Assembly: GCA_964247135.1 (NCBI GenBank)
Contig: CAXTTL010000001.1
Location: 51,557-115,556, forward strand
DNA length: 64,000 nucleotides
Direction of reading: 5' to 3'
DNA from: an uncultured Deinococcales bacterium
GTDB taxonomy: Bacteria > Deinococcota > Deinococci > Deinococcales > JAAFIG01
Shown: positions 30,538 through 40,745 of the stretch, piece by piece
Layout of the letters: each line of letters starts with the position of its first letter
Position numbering within the stretch: position 1 is the first letter of the stretch
Made by a program: the position numbers and the translations under genes
Notes under the pieces: generated by a model
Databases searched by the model: none
What the model was told of the DNA's origin: nothing
The model's input: only the letters and a program-made list of their open reading frames with translations

Positions 30538-31560
30538 TTACGGAACAATCAAGACTTTTTGTGAACCGTTCATGCCAGGATGATCTTTGTACTCGAGCGC
30601 GAGTTTGAGTTGTTCAATCGGCAAACGGTGCGTGATGAGGGGTTTGACTTGCACCCGCCCTGATTGCAGCCACTCAAGCGCAATGGGGGTTGTGCCAAGC
30701 AGTGAAAAACTGCCCAGAATGGTCAGGTCACGCCTGAACACCTCGTAAGGACTGATTTCAACCCTGGCATCGTCGGGGGCGACACCGTAATACAAGATTT
30801 TGCCACCAGGGGTGGCGTATTGAATCATCTGCGAAATCACGGCGGGCGCGCCTGTGGCTTCGGTAACAACGTCAAAACCGTAAGGCTCGAGGTCAAACAG
30901 TTGGGTTTTTAAGTCTTTGCCAGGCTCGAGCGCCAGTTTTGCGCCGAGTTGCATGGCGAGGGCGCGGCGCTCCAAGTTGGGTTCGACCACGGTGATTTCG
31001 GAGACGCCAGACACCAGCAAGGCTTGCATCAGCAACAAACCGATGGGTCCAGTGCCAAACAACAATGCTTTGCTGGCGGGTTCGGGTTGCAGGCGTTTGA
31101 TGCCCCAAGCAATGCAGCCCAAGGGTTCAGCAAAGGCGGCAACCTCGAGGTCGAGGTTTCCAACGGGGTAGACATTACCCTCGGGGGCGATCACGTATTC
31201 CGCAAAACCGCCCGCCCTGGTGACCCCGAGCGCCTGATAGTTTTCGCAGTGGTGACGCATTCCTCGGCGACAATGGTGACACGCGCCGCAAGAGATCACG
31301 GGATCGAGGGCGACCCGATCACCCTCTTTGAGGTAACGCACGCCAGCGCCCACCTGATCGACCACGCCAGCAATTTCATGCCCTGGAACGAGCGGAAAGA
31401 CCGCGCCAAAATGACCGCCGTAGAGGTGCAAATCCGTGCCGCAGACGCCGGTCACGGCAATCCGAATCCGAACCTCGCCAGAAGCAACTTCGGGTGCGGG
31501 AATGTCTCGGGTCTCGAGGTGGTATTTTTCGGTGATCACGGCGGCACGCATTGTTGGCAT
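30538..31560 (-). CDS. Zn-dependent alcohol/polyol dehydrogenase
   Basis: GVCGTDLH, GHEIAG, CGACHHCRRG..C, GTGPIG. Confidence 0.9.
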   Translation of the reverse strand: MPTMRAAVITEKYHLETRDIPAPEVASGEVRIRIAVTGVCGTDLHLYGGHFGAVFPLVPGHEIAGVVDQVGAGVRYLKEGDRVALDPVISCGACHHCRRGMRHHCENYQALGVTRAGGFAEYVIAPEGNVYPVGNLDLEVAAFAEPLGCIAWGIKRLQPEPASKALLFGTGPIGLLLMQALLVSGVSEITVVEPNLERRALAMQLGAKLALEPGKDLKTQLFDLEPYGFDVVTEATGAPAVISQMIQYATPGGKILYYGVAPDDARVEISPYEVFRRDLTILGSFSLLGTTPIALEWLQSGRVQVKPLITHRLPIEQLKLALEYKDHPGMNGSQKVLIVP

Positions 31561-32420
31561 TATTTCACTGCTCCCATGGTGAGACCTTGAATCAATTGAC
31601 GTTGCGCCGACCAGCCGAACGCCATCACGGGCAGAATCACCAGGGTCGCGGCGGCTGAAAGCTGCGCCCAGAACAGACCCTCAGAGGTTTTGAAGGCGCT
31701 GATGTAGACCGAGAGCGGCGCGGCATCGACGTTGGTCAGGTTGAGGGCAAAAAAGGCTTCATTCCAGGCAAAGATCAGGCACAGCAGCGCGGTGGAGGCG
31801 ATACCAGGCACCGCGAGCGGCATGGCGATGTTGATAAATTCTTGCCACAAACTTGCGCCGTCCACTTTGGCAGCCTCGAGAATTTCGCTGGGGATTTCGG
31901 AGATGTAGCTGTGCATCATCCAGATCACCAGGGGCATGTTCATGGTGGTGTACATCAGCGTTAAACCCCAAACGGTGTCGAGCAAATGCAGGTCTTTAAA
32001 AATCAGGTACAACGGTACAATCACACCGACGGGCGGCATCATTTTGGTCGAGACAAACCAGAGCAGCGTGCCGCGACTGCGTTTGGTCGGGTAAAAAACC
32101 ATCGAAAACGCGGCGGGCAAACCGAGCAAAAACGACAGCAGCGTTGAGCCAAAAGCCACCAGCAAAGAATTCAGCAACGCGTGTCCGTACTTGGCGAAAG
32201 CTCGAGTAAAATTATCAAAAATTGGTTGAAACAAAATGATTGGCGGCGTGGTGAAAGCTTGGTCTTCGGTCTTAAAGGCGCTCATGATCATCCATAAAAT
32301 CGGGAAGAAAAACGCCAGGGCGATCAACCATGCCAGCAAAGCCAGTGAAACATTTTGGAAGCTGCGCCACGGGTGGCTCGGGTTTTTCTGAGGACGTGAT
32401 CGTCTCGCTGCGGTCATCAT
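31560..32420 (-). CDS. Carbohydrate ABC permease (SmoG/MtlG-like)
   Basis: EAAKVDGAS EAA loop, FAWNEAF, TSEGLFWAQLSAA. Confidence 0.92.
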   Translation of the reverse strand: MMTAARRSRPQKNPSHPWRSFQNVSLALLAWLIALAFFFPILWMIMSAFKTEDQAFTTPPIILFQPIFDNFTRAFAKYGHALLNSLLVAFGSTLLSFLLGLPAAFSMVFYPTKRSRGTLLWFVSTKMMPPVGVIVPLYLIFKDLHLLDTVWGLTLMYTTMNMPLVIWMMHSYISEIPSEILEAAKVDGASLWQEFINIAMPLAVPGIASTALLCLIFAWNEAFFALNLTNVDAAPLSVYISAFKTSEGLFWAQLSAAATLVILPVMAFGWSAQRQLIQGLTMGAVK

Positions 32421-33337
32421 TTCACTTCCTTCACGTTGACGTTGCGGTTGACCAGGCGCAAGAACAGCGCGGTCACGATGTTTGCCAGAATCACGGCGAA
32501 CACTCCCGCCGCCGATGCCATGCCGATGCTGTACTCACCGAAGGCTTTTTGAAAAATAAAATACGGCAGGTTGGTCGTGGCGGTGCCAGGACCGCCGCTG
32601 GTGGCAATGTAAATCTCGCCGTAAATTTGCAGAATAAAAATTGCCTCGAGAAGCACCACGACCTCAAACGCCCGTGTCCAGTGCGGCAGCACGATGTACC
32701 AAAATTCTTGAAAACTGTTGACACCGTCCAGCCTTGCCGCCTCGAGTTGATCGACGGGCAGCGATTGCAAACTGGTCAGCAAAATCAGCATCGCAAACGG
32801 CGTCCATTCCCAGGTGACCATCATGATGATCGAAAGCATGGGGTACTGTGCCAACCAGTCGATGGCTTCAACACCAAAGGCTCGAGACACCACGCCGAAC
32901 AAGCCGAACACTGGGTTTAACAGCGAGTTTTTCCAGATTAGAGCGGTCACGACGGGCATGATAAAAAATGGTCCGATGAACAAGGTTCTGGCGAGGTTGC
33001 GACCAAAAAATTTGCGATTGAACAGCAACGCCAGCAACGCCCCAAACACCACGGTCAAGAAAATCACGCTCAAGACCAGCACGAGGGTATTGACCAACAC
33101 TGGCACGGACAATGGGTCGGTGAACAGCGTCAAATAATTCTCGAGTCCGATAAACGGACGTTTGAACGGATCGACCAGGCTATACCTGAACAGGCTGTAA
33201 TAAATCGTCATGATAAACGGCACTTGGGTCGTTAAAATCAAGTACCCCAAAGCTGGCAGCAAGAGCAGCAGCGCGGGCAATCTCGAGGTGCGCCCAGATG
33301 ATTGCTTGGTTTTGATGGTGCTGGGTTGGGCTGTCAT
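32417..33337 (-). CDS. Carbohydrate ABC permease (SmoF/MtlF-like)
   Basis: FIGLENY, WEWTPF, EAARLDG, GGPGTATTNL. Confidence 0.92.
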   Translation of the reverse strand: MTAQPSTIKTKQSSGRTSRLPALLLLLPALGYLILTTQVPFIMTIYYSLFRYSLVDPFKRPFIGLENYLTLFTDPLSVPVLVNTLVLVLSVIFLTVVFGALLALLFNRKFFGRNLARTLFIGPFFIMPVVTALIWKNSLLNPVFGLFGVVSRAFGVEAIDWLAQYPMLSIIMMVTWEWTPFAMLILLTSLQSLPVDQLEAARLDGVNSFQEFWYIVLPHWTRAFEVVVLLEAIFILQIYGEIYIATSGGPGTATTNLPYFIFQKAFGEYSIGMASAAGVFAVILANIVTALFLRLVNRNVNVKEVK

Positions 33338-33470
33338 GGTTGACCTCGGAATTCAGTGTGAATCTTGTTTTGTCAGGCAATAAAAACCAATACTCGAGCC
33401 TTAAACAAAGCCGTCTCGAGCCATTACAAATTTTTTTGTTAGGGCAGGTGAAACCGTTTCAACCTGCCCA

Positions 33471-33519
33471 AAAAGAAAGGCTCGAGTGACCCAGAGGAGG
33501 GTTATGGGGTCACTCGAGC
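33471..33519 (-). terminator. Hairpin/terminator between the binding-protein gene and the permeases
   Basis: 13-bp inverted repeat GCTCGAGTGACCC...GGGTCACTCGAGC followed on the minus strand by CTTTCTTTT. A second hairpin lies at 33442-33469. Confidence 0.65.
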
Positions 33520-33526
33520 AAGAGGC

Positions 33527-34891
33527 TTACTTCTTGTAACCGCCCTCTTTGGCGACTTTGGTGGCGGCGGCTTGTCCAAGCTTGAGCGCTTGGCTCACGC
33601 TGTATTGCCCTGCGAGTGCGCCTGCGACGTACTGTCCGACTTGTGTCCCTAAAGCTTGGAATTCTGGAATGCCGACGAATTGCACGCCGACGTAAGGCAC
33701 TGGGTCTTTGGTGGCGTTCGTTGGGTCGGCGCGGTTGATCGAATCCAGCGTGATGCCTGCAAAATCACCGGCGGCTTTTTGGTATTCTGGATTGGCGTAG
33801 GTGCTCTTGCGGGTTCCTGGTGGGACGCTCGCCCATGTGCCGTTGGTCTTGGCGACCAGGGCAATGTATTCCTTGCTGGTTGCCCAGGTCACGAATTTAA
33901 ACGCGGCGTCGGCAACTTTGCTCGACTTTGGAATGGCGAGCGACCATGACCAGAGCCAGTTGCTGCCCTTTGGCGTGCCAGGACCGGTTGGAGCGTTGGC
34001 AAAGCCGACGGTGTCCACGATCTTGGATTGCTTGGGGTCTTTCAAGAAGCCTGCGGCGACGGTGGCGTCAATCCACATGCCGCACTTGTTTTGGCTCATG
34101 TAGGTCAGGTTTTCGGTGAAACCGTTGCCGGTCGAACCTGGGGCGCCGTACTTCTTTTGGAGGTTGACGTAAAAGGTTAAAGCCGCTTTCCAAGCTGGCG
34201 TATCGATGGTGGCGTTCCATTGTGGGTCAAACCAGCGTCCGCCGAAGGTGTTGACCATCGTCGAAAAGACCGCCATGTTCTCGCCCCAGCCCGGAAGTCC
34301 GCGCAGGCAGATGCCGTAAAAACCATTTTGTGGTTTGTGCAGCTTGGCGGCAAAGCCCGCGATTTGGTTCCAGGTTGGTTTGACGGGCATGGTCAGCTTG
34401 TTGGCGGCAAAGGCAGCCTTGTTGTAAAACGTCATGCTCGATTCGGCGTAGAACGGCAGGGCGTAGAGGGCTTTGTTGTACGACAGACCGAGTTTGACTG
34501 GCGTCAGAAGATCGTTCACGTCATAGCTGGCTTTGATGTCGGCGTTCTTGGTGAACAAGTCATCCATCGAGTTGAGCCAGCCGTTTTTTGCCCAGATTGG
34601 CACCTCGTAGGTGCCGATGGTGGCAACGTCGTAGCTGCCCGCACCCGTGGCAATGTCGGTCGTGACTTTTTGGCGCAATTCGTTCTCTGGCAGCACATTC
34701 CACTTGAGTTTGATGTCCGGGTAGGCGGCTTCAAACGTTGAGGTCAAGCTTTCCATCGTTTTCATGTCTGAGTTGTTGACTGTGGCGATGGTAACCGTCA
34801 CGGGTCCTTGTGCAATCGCGCCGGTTGCGATGGCGGCAACAACTGCGCTTGTTGCCAAGCCTGCACCAATAATCCAAGTTTTTGATTTCAT
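33527..34891 (-). CDS. Polyol ABC substrate-binding protein (SmoE/MtlE-like)
   Basis: Signal peptide, IATVNN, PFYAESS, CLRGLPGWGEN, WLWSWSL, PYVGVQFVGIPEFQ. Confidence 0.92.
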   Translation of the reverse strand: MKSKTWIIGAGLATSAVVAAIATGAIAQGPVTVTIATVNNSDMKTMESLTSTFEAAYPDIKLKWNVLPENELRQKVTTDIATGAGSYDVATIGTYEVPIWAKNGWLNSMDDLFTKNADIKASYDVNDLLTPVKLGLSYNKALYALPFYAESSMTFYNKAAFAANKLTMPVKPTWNQIAGFAAKLHKPQNGFYGICLRGLPGWGENMAVFSTMVNTFGGRWFDPQWNATIDTPAWKAALTFYVNLQKKYGAPGSTGNGFTENLTYMSQNKCGMWIDATVAAGFLKDPKQSKIVDTVGFANAPTGPGTPKGSNWLWSWSLAIPKSSKVADAAFKFVTWATSKEYIALVAKTNGTWASVPPGTRKSTYANPEYQKAAGDFAGITLDSINRADPTNATKDPVPYVGVQFVGIPEFQALGTQVGQYVAGALAGQYSVSQALKLGQAAATKVAKEGGYKK

Positions 34892-35000
34892 CTGATCTCC
34901 TATAAGATTGCTTGAAAGGACTTTTGTTACCGATTTGAGACTTCTTTTGTGATGCTGGTGATTTCACCCCCTCGAGAAACCTAGCCCTAAAATCTTTAAA

Positions 35001-35170
35001 TGGTCACGTGTCCATTTTCGTCGTGAGCGAGAATACAGTAAAAATTGGGTTTCTCAAGCCATGCAAAATGCACGAATTCAAGAATCTTCTAAATGGTCAC
35101 GTGTCCAGAACTTTACATGATCGGACTTACATTTGTAAAGCCCCTTGTGGTTAAAATGGTCACGTGACCA
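35001..35170. promoter_or_regulatory. Three LacI-type operators TGGTCACGTGWCCA
   Basis: Copies at 35001-35014, 35094-35107 and 35157-35170 (perfect palindrome over the lacI GTG start), all preceded by AAA. Confidence 0.85.
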
Positions 35171-36183
35171 ATATTCACGATGTTGCCAAAAGGGCTGGAG
35201 TCTCGGCGACAACTGCAAAACGTGCCATCCACGAGCCGCAACTCCTGACCAAAGCGACGCTCGAGCGGGTCACCCGTGCCATCACCGACCTGAATTACGA
35301 ACCCGACCGCACGGCGGGGGCACTCAGGCGCGGTCACAGCCACACCATCGGCTTGATGGTCGGCAACATTATCGAACCGTTTTTCGCACAGCTTACCCGC
35401 ACGGTTGCCAAAGCCGTTCATGCCAGAGGTTACGCCCTGATTGTCGCCGACAACGAATACGACTCCAACCTCGAGCTTGAAAACCTGCGCATGTTTCATG
35501 GACACCGCGTCAGCGGCTTGATCGTGCGTTCCGCTTTCGGTTCGGGTAACCTCGAGTATTTGAAGCGCCTGCACGAGCAGGGGACGTATATCCTCGAGAT
35601 TGATCACTTTTTGGCGGGCAGCCCGTTTGGGCATGTGCTTTTGGAGAATGCCGAGTGCGTCGATATGGGCGTGCGTTATCTGCACAATTTGGGTCACAAG
35701 CGCATTGCCGCGTTGACCGTGTTCGACGCCGAAAAGCTACAAGACGAACGTGGCAAGGCTTTTCCTAATGTCATGAAATCCCTCGGTTTGCGCCTGCCCA
35801 AAGCCTATCAGCACGGCGCGACCTTGAGCGAGGAGGGCGCATACAACTTGACACTCGAGTTGCTGCGTCTTTCAGAGCCGCCCACCGCCATTTTTTCGAT
35901 GACGGGTAACGAAGCCGCCGGTGCGTTTCGTGCCATCAGGGAACTGAAATTGCGAATTCCTGAGGACGTTTCGTTTTTGACCTTCGACGATTACTCTTGG
36001 ACCAGTCTGGTCGATCCGCCGCTCGACGTGATTATTCAACCCATCGAGGACATGGGTCTTGCCGCCGCCAAAATTGTGATTGATGCAATTCAAAGCCGAG
36101 ATTTGAAAACAGTGGTGCGCAAACGATTCCCAGGCACTTTAATTCGGCGCGGCAGTTGTGCGCCACCAAAAAAGAAAAAGTAA
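35164..36183 (+). CDS. LacI family transcriptional regulator
   Basis: NIHDVAKRAGVS HTH, IPEDVSFLTFDD, LIRRGS. Leaderless: TAAAAT lies 6 nt before the GTG. Confidence 0.93.
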   Translation: MTNIHDVAKRAGVSATTAKRAIHEPQLLTKATLERVTRAITDLNYEPDRTAGALRRGHSHTIGLMVGNIIEPFFAQLTRTVAKAVHARGYALIVADNEYDSNLELENLRMFHGHRVSGLIVRSAFGSGNLEYLKRLHEQGTYILEIDHFLAGSPFGHVLLENAECVDMGVRYLHNLGHKRIAALTVFDAEKLQDERGKAFPNVMKSLGLRLPKAYQHGATLSEEGAYNLTLELLRLSEPPTAIFSMTGNEAAGAFRAIRELKLRIPEDVSFLTFDDYSWTSLVDPPLDVIIQPIEDMGLAAAKIVIDAIQSRDLKTVVRKRFPGTLIRRGSCAPPKKKK

Positions 36184-36230
36184 TTCAATTTTTAAATGAT
36201 TTATTCTATAAAATATTCTCGAGGTGAACG

Positions 36231-37652
36231 ATGCTGCTTGGTTTGGATTTAGGAACGGGTTCACTCAAAGCAATCTTACTGGACGAAAACGCTCAAATTG
36301 TCGCTGAGGCAACTCGAGCTTACAACGTTCATGCGCCGCAAGCGGGTTGGGCGGAATCCAACCCGAACGATTGGTGGACTGCCGCAACGAACGCCACCCT
36401 CGAGCTTGGTCACGGGGATGAAATTACAGCCATTGGTTTTTCGGGTCAGATGCACGGCGTGGTGTTATCTGATGCCAGCGGTCAAGCTTTACGCAACGCG
36501 ATTTTATGGGCAGATACGCGATCAAACCTCGAGCTTGAACAATATAGAAATCTCGAGCCTCAAACCTTGCAACGCCTGGCGAATCCGCTGGTGACAGGCA
36601 TGGCGGGCGCAAGTTTACTGTGGCTCAAAAAACATGAACCTAAAATTCTCGAATCGGCGCATTGGGCGTTTCAACCCAAAGACTGGCTGCGGTTTCAACT
36701 GACCAAACAAGCTTTTAGTGAACCTTCAGATGCCAGTGGCACACTGCTCTATGACCTCGAGCGCGATGATTGGGCTTTTGATGTTATCGAAAAACTCGAG
36801 CTTCCACAGACTTTGTTTGCGCCATTAAAAGGCTCGAGTGACATTGCGGGGACACTCTCGGGCAAAGCGGCAAGTCAACTTGGTTTGAGGGCTGGAATTC
36901 CTGTGGCGGCTGGCGGAGGCGACACGCCGATGGCGATGTTTGGCAGCGGCATTCTCAAACCTGGAATGGTGCAACTTTCAATCGGTTCGGGGGCGCAAAT
37001 CGTTGCCCCTCGAGATGCCGCGATCATCGACACCAGTTTACGCACACACTTGTACCGGGCTGTGACCCCGCACGGTTGGTACGCGATGGCTGCCATGCAA
37101 AACGCTGGACTGGCGCTCGAGTGGGTGCGATCCATGCTCGGTTTGGATTGGGAAACCGCGTACCTGGAGGCATTCGCCCTCGAGCATACAAATGGTTTGC
37201 GTTTTTTACCGTACCTGATGGGCGAACGCACACCGCACCTCAATCCGAATGCCAGGGGCGCGTGGGTGGGTTTGGCGCTCTCGCATACCAGGGGACATTT
37301 GATGCGTGCCGCCTTTGAAGGCGTGGCATTTGCAATTCGTGATGGGTTTGAGGCGCTGCTCGAGACTGGAATCCAAGCCCCAAGTTTGCGGCTGGCGGGC
37401 GGTGGAACACGGGTTCAACTCTGGCGGCAATTGCTTGCCGACATTTTGCAACGTTCGTTATATACCAGCGAAATCTCGAGTGCTTCCGCCAGAGGTGCGG
37501 CACTGATCGCAGGTGTGGCGAGCGGCGTATTCTCGAGTTGTGAAGATACTTTGCGTTTTGCGCCGACACCGCAATTGATCGCAGAACCGAACGGAAATCT
37601 CGAGGAAGCCTATGGACGGTTTAAAGGCTTGTACTCGAGTTGCAATACTTAA
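36231..37652 (+). CDS. xylB: Xylulokinase (FGGY kinase)
   Basis: GLDLGTGSLK, FSGQMHG, AILWADTR, SDASGT, LPYLMGERTPH. Confidence 0.88.
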   Translation: MLLGLDLGTGSLKAILLDENAQIVAEATRAYNVHAPQAGWAESNPNDWWTAATNATLELGHGDEITAIGFSGQMHGVVLSDASGQALRNAILWADTRSNLELEQYRNLEPQTLQRLANPLVTGMAGASLLWLKKHEPKILESAHWAFQPKDWLRFQLTKQAFSEPSDASGTLLYDLERDDWAFDVIEKLELPQTLFAPLKGSSDIAGTLSGKAASQLGLRAGIPVAAGGGDTPMAMFGSGILKPGMVQLSIGSGAQIVAPRDAAIIDTSLRTHLYRAVTPHGWYAMAAMQNAGLALEWVRSMLGLDWETAYLEAFALEHTNGLRFLPYLMGERTPHLNPNARGAWVGLALSHTRGHLMRAAFEGVAFAIRDGFEALLETGIQAPSLRLAGGGTRVQLWRQLLADILQRSLYTSEISSASARGAALIAGVASGVFSSCEDTLRFAPTPQLIAEPNGNLEEAYGRFKGLYSSCNT

Positions 37653-38005
37653 ACATCAAGCGTTTTTGCACCAAACACAAACCAGGCTTTGCTGATTTTG
37701 TCAGCCTCAACTTCGTACATTGCCACCATCTCGAGCGTCCCCGTGCCTTCGGGAAACGTGCGTGTGACGAGTTCATAGTCGATTACCAGATTGCCAGACA
37801 CGATGCGGTTCAGTAACTTTGCATGAAGGTTTGGTTCTTGAAGCCGCACGATCTGGCGTTCACGCAATTCTAGAGCGTTCGCTGCCAGCAGGGTCGCAGG
37901 ATGCTCAAAAACTTGCACGTTTTCGGCATAAGTTGCCATCAGCGCGTTAATGTCTTTGGCATTGTAGGCATCGAGTTGTTGTTGCACCAGCATTTCAGGT
38001 GTCAT
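37649..38005 (-). CDS. NTF2/SnoaL-like protein
   Basis: VQQQLDAYNAKDINAL..PNLHAKLLNRIV..VIDYE. Leaderless TAGACT-6 nt-ATG. Confidence 0.85.
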   Translation of the reverse strand: MTPEMLVQQQLDAYNAKDINALMATYAENVQVFEHPATLLAANALELRERQIVRLQEPNLHAKLLNRIVSGNLVIDYELVTRTFPEGTGTLEMVAMYEVEADKISKAWFVFGAKTLDV

Positions 38006-38044
38006 ATCCCCAGTCTACAAGCTCGAGTGTGCCAATATAAAACC

Positions 38045-39070
38045 ATGAAAGTTGTTTTCACCTGCATCTTGATTCTGTTGAGCGTGAGCAGTTTGGCATC
38101 ACCCAACAATCCAAGCCTGGCAATTGATGTGATGCTCTCGAGTTTGACCAAAACTGGACGATTTTCTGGTGCGGTCTTAATTGCTCGAGATGACAAGGTT
38201 TTGCTGCGCAAGGGTTATGGTTTTGCCAACCGATCAAACCGCATTCCGTTCATGCCAGACACACGGCATCACGTGGCTTCGATCTCGAAAATGTTCACGG
38301 CAATGACGGTTTTAAAACTTCGAGATCAGAACAGTTTAAAACTCGAAGCTTCAATTTGCAGCTATCTCGAGCCATGTCCAAAAATATGGCAAGCCGTCAC
38401 GGTGCAAAACTTGCTGCGTCACACTTCGGGCATTCCAGATTACGAGGAGAAACTGGGTTTGTACTCAAAGGCGTACCTCGAGTTCATGACGCGAAAGGAT
38501 GCAACGCGGAACATTATAAAAAACGCTCGAACACAAAATCTCGAGTTCAAACCTGGCACACGGTTTCAATACTCAAACACGGGTTATGTGCTGCTCTCGA
38601 GCATTGTCGAAAAGGTTTCAAAAATGCCGTTCAACCAAGCCGTGCAAAAAATGGTGCTCGAGCCTGCGGGTTTAAAAAACACGGGCATGTTTGAAGCTGG
38701 TATGACGGGCATCTCGAGCGGCTACGGCAAAAACTGGAAAGCCATCCCAAAACTGGCATTGACGCCGCCAGCCGGAGACGCCGCACTGGTCAGCACTTTG
38801 GACGATTTGTACCGTTGGAGCGAATTGATGGATGCTCAAGAAGTGCGGGAAGTTTTCAAGCCTGGACTGGGCGGTTACGGTGATGGTTGGTTTATCGACA
38901 CGCGTTTTGGACGCAAACGGTACATCCACACGGGCGAATTGCCAGGGTATCGGACGGTGTTCGTGAAATACCCCGGCGAAAAACTGACGATTATTTTGTT
39001 TTCCAATCAAGACCGAAGTCCAATGGAAATCCTCACTCGAGATATTACGGCGTTGTTGTTAAGCCATTAA
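38045..39070 (+). CDS. Secreted serine hydrolase, beta-lactamase class C family
   Basis: Signal peptide, SISK (SxxK), LLRHTSG, YSN, HTG. Confidence 0.9.
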   Translation: MKVVFTCILILLSVSSLASPNNPSLAIDVMLSSLTKTGRFSGAVLIARDDKVLLRKGYGFANRSNRIPFMPDTRHHVASISKMFTAMTVLKLRDQNSLKLEASICSYLEPCPKIWQAVTVQNLLRHTSGIPDYEEKLGLYSKAYLEFMTRKDATRNIIKNARTQNLEFKPGTRFQYSNTGYVLLSSIVEKVSKMPFNQAVQKMVLEPAGLKNTGMFEAGMTGISSGYGKNWKAIPKLALTPPAGDAALVSTLDDLYRWSELMDAQEVREVFKPGLGGYGDGWFIDTRFGRKRYIHTGELPGYRTVFVKYPGEKLTIILFSNQDRSPMEILTRDITALLLSH

Positions 39071-39073
39071 ATA

Positions 39074-39523
39074 TCAAACACCAAATTGCCCGAAGTGATA
39101 ACTCAGGTGCTTGTACTGCAATTTCCCCCATTCTTCGGGCGTCAAAGACCCAAAGAAAAAATGGGGGTGGTTGGTCACCCTGGCAACGCCGCCTTCGTTA
39201 AACTTTGCCAGTAAAGCACTGAGCCGCGCTTTCTCCTCGAGAAAAAGTTTTGGTTCTGTGACCCGAATTGAATTGTCGGTCGGGGTGTTGCGCGGCAATG
39301 GGCTGTCATCGAAGGCTTTGGTTTTAAAAAAATTACCAATCAAACGACCCATCAACGAACGTGGCGGTTTCGGTTCGCCCATCGCCAGCTCGAGTCCGTT
39401 TGAAACGTGCGCCATCATTTGCGCCACGTCCATTTTGCCCCATTGCCCTTTGGTTTCGGGACTCAGTTGCTCGAGACGTTGCAAAGCTTCTGCCAGGGCA
39501 TTGGTTTCAAGCAGGGATTTCAT
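39074..39523 (-). CDS. DUF1569/DinB-like protein
   Basis: QWGKMDVAQMMAH..HPHFFFGSLTPEEWGKLQYKHL. Confidence 0.85.
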   Translation of the reverse strand: MKSLLETNALAEALQRLEQLSPETKGQWGKMDVAQMMAHVSNGLELAMGEPKPPRSLMGRLIGNFFKTKAFDDSPLPRNTPTDNSIRVTEPKLFLEEKARLSALLAKFNEGGVARVTNHPHFFFGSLTPEEWGKLQYKHLSYHFGQFGV

Positions 39524-39548
39524 GGTTACCGCCTTTCTCGGACTAAAT

Positions 39549-40709
39549 TTATGTTGTCACTGCCAAGCGAATTCGCTCGAGCGCTTGGGTCAAGACCTGA
39601 CGGCTGGTGGCAAAATTGAGCCGCACAAAACCCGTGTAATCCGCGCCAAAATTTGTGCCTTCGTTCAAGCCGACTCTGGCAGTCTCGAGCAAGAATTTTT
39701 GAACCTCTGGCGCCTGCGGGTAGGCGTTGAAGTCGAGCCAGGCGAGGTAGGTGGCTTCGGGCAGGATGCACTTGACTTCTGGCAGGTGCTCGGTCAGGTA
39801 AGCGCCCAAGAATTCACGGTTGGCGTGCAAATAACTTTTGGTTTTCTCGAGCCAGGGCATTCCCAATTCAAGTCCTGCCAGCCACGCCGTTTCGGACATG
39901 ATGTTGGCGTGTCCCATCAAGCCTTTGGTGACGGCTTGAATCCGCTCGAGCAATTTGGGGTTGGTGCTGATGACCGCGCCAATGCCCAAACCTGCGGTGG
40001 TGAAGGTTTTGCAAGGTCCGGTAATGGTCACGGTTCGCTCTGAAATATCTGGGCTGAGCGAAGCAAACGGAACATGCACCGCCCCAGGCTCGAGGATTAA
40101 ATTGGCGTGGAGTTCGTCGGAGATCACGTAAAGGCGGTGCTTTAAGACAAATGCCGCCAGTTTCTCGAGTTCGGTTCTGGTGAATACCCGTCCCGTCGGA
40201 TTGTGCGGATTGCAGATCATCAAGACCCGAGTGCCTGGCGTGACCAGCGCCTCGAGGTTGTCAAAATCGATGATCCACTTGTTGTCCGCAATCAGCATTT
40301 TATTCTCGAGCATCTTGCGGTTGTGGTCTTTGATCGAACTCATGAAGGGCGGGTAAATCGGGGTTTGGGTGATGATCTCGTCATTTATGCTGGAGAGTCC
40401 GAGCACGCTGGCGTACATGCCTGGCACGACCCCAGACACCAACCAGATGTTTTCTGGTTTTAAACCCGTCCAGCCAAAGCCTGCCATGTGCGCCACAATG
40501 CCGTCTAACAGCTTTGGGTAACCCGACATGTTCTCATAGCCCACCCAATGGTCTGCCCGTGCCTTTAACGCTGCCAGAATTTCTGGTGCGGGCAAGAAGT
40601 CCATGTCGGCAACCCACAACGGCAGCACGTCGCGTTCAAAGTAATTCCATTTGATCGAATACGCGTCGTAAATGTTTTCGGCGGTCAAATCATCGTAATT
40701 CTGGCTCAT
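39549..40709 (-). CDS. MalY/PatB family PLP-dependent C-S lyase
   Basis: LPLWVADMDF, CNPHNPTGR, SDELH, EATYLAWLD, RLNFAT. Leaderless TAAGCT-6 nt-ATG. Confidence 0.92.
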   Translation of the reverse strand: MSQNYDDLTAENIYDAYSIKWNYFERDVLPLWVADMDFLPAPEILAALKARADHWVGYENMSGYPKLLDGIVAHMAGFGWTGLKPENIWLVSGVVPGMYASVLGLSSINDEIITQTPIYPPFMSSIKDHNRKMLENKMLIADNKWIIDFDNLEALVTPGTRVLMICNPHNPTGRVFTRTELEKLAAFVLKHRLYVISDELHANLILEPGAVHVPFASLSPDISERTVTITGPCKTFTTAGLGIGAVISTNPKLLERIQAVTKGLMGHANIMSETAWLAGLELGMPWLEKTKSYLHANREFLGAYLTEHLPEVKCILPEATYLAWLDFNAYPQAPEVQKFLLETARVGLNEGTNFGADYTGFVRLNFATSRQVLTQALERIRLAVTT

Positions 40710-40745
40710 GACTCAAGCTTAACTCGAGAAGCCAACTTCACGCTT

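Noticed and set aside
33527-34891. CTCGAG-poor stretch as a sign of foreign DNA
   Set aside because: GC content is normal and the gene is integral to the polyol operon. Strong codon selection is the simpler explanation.
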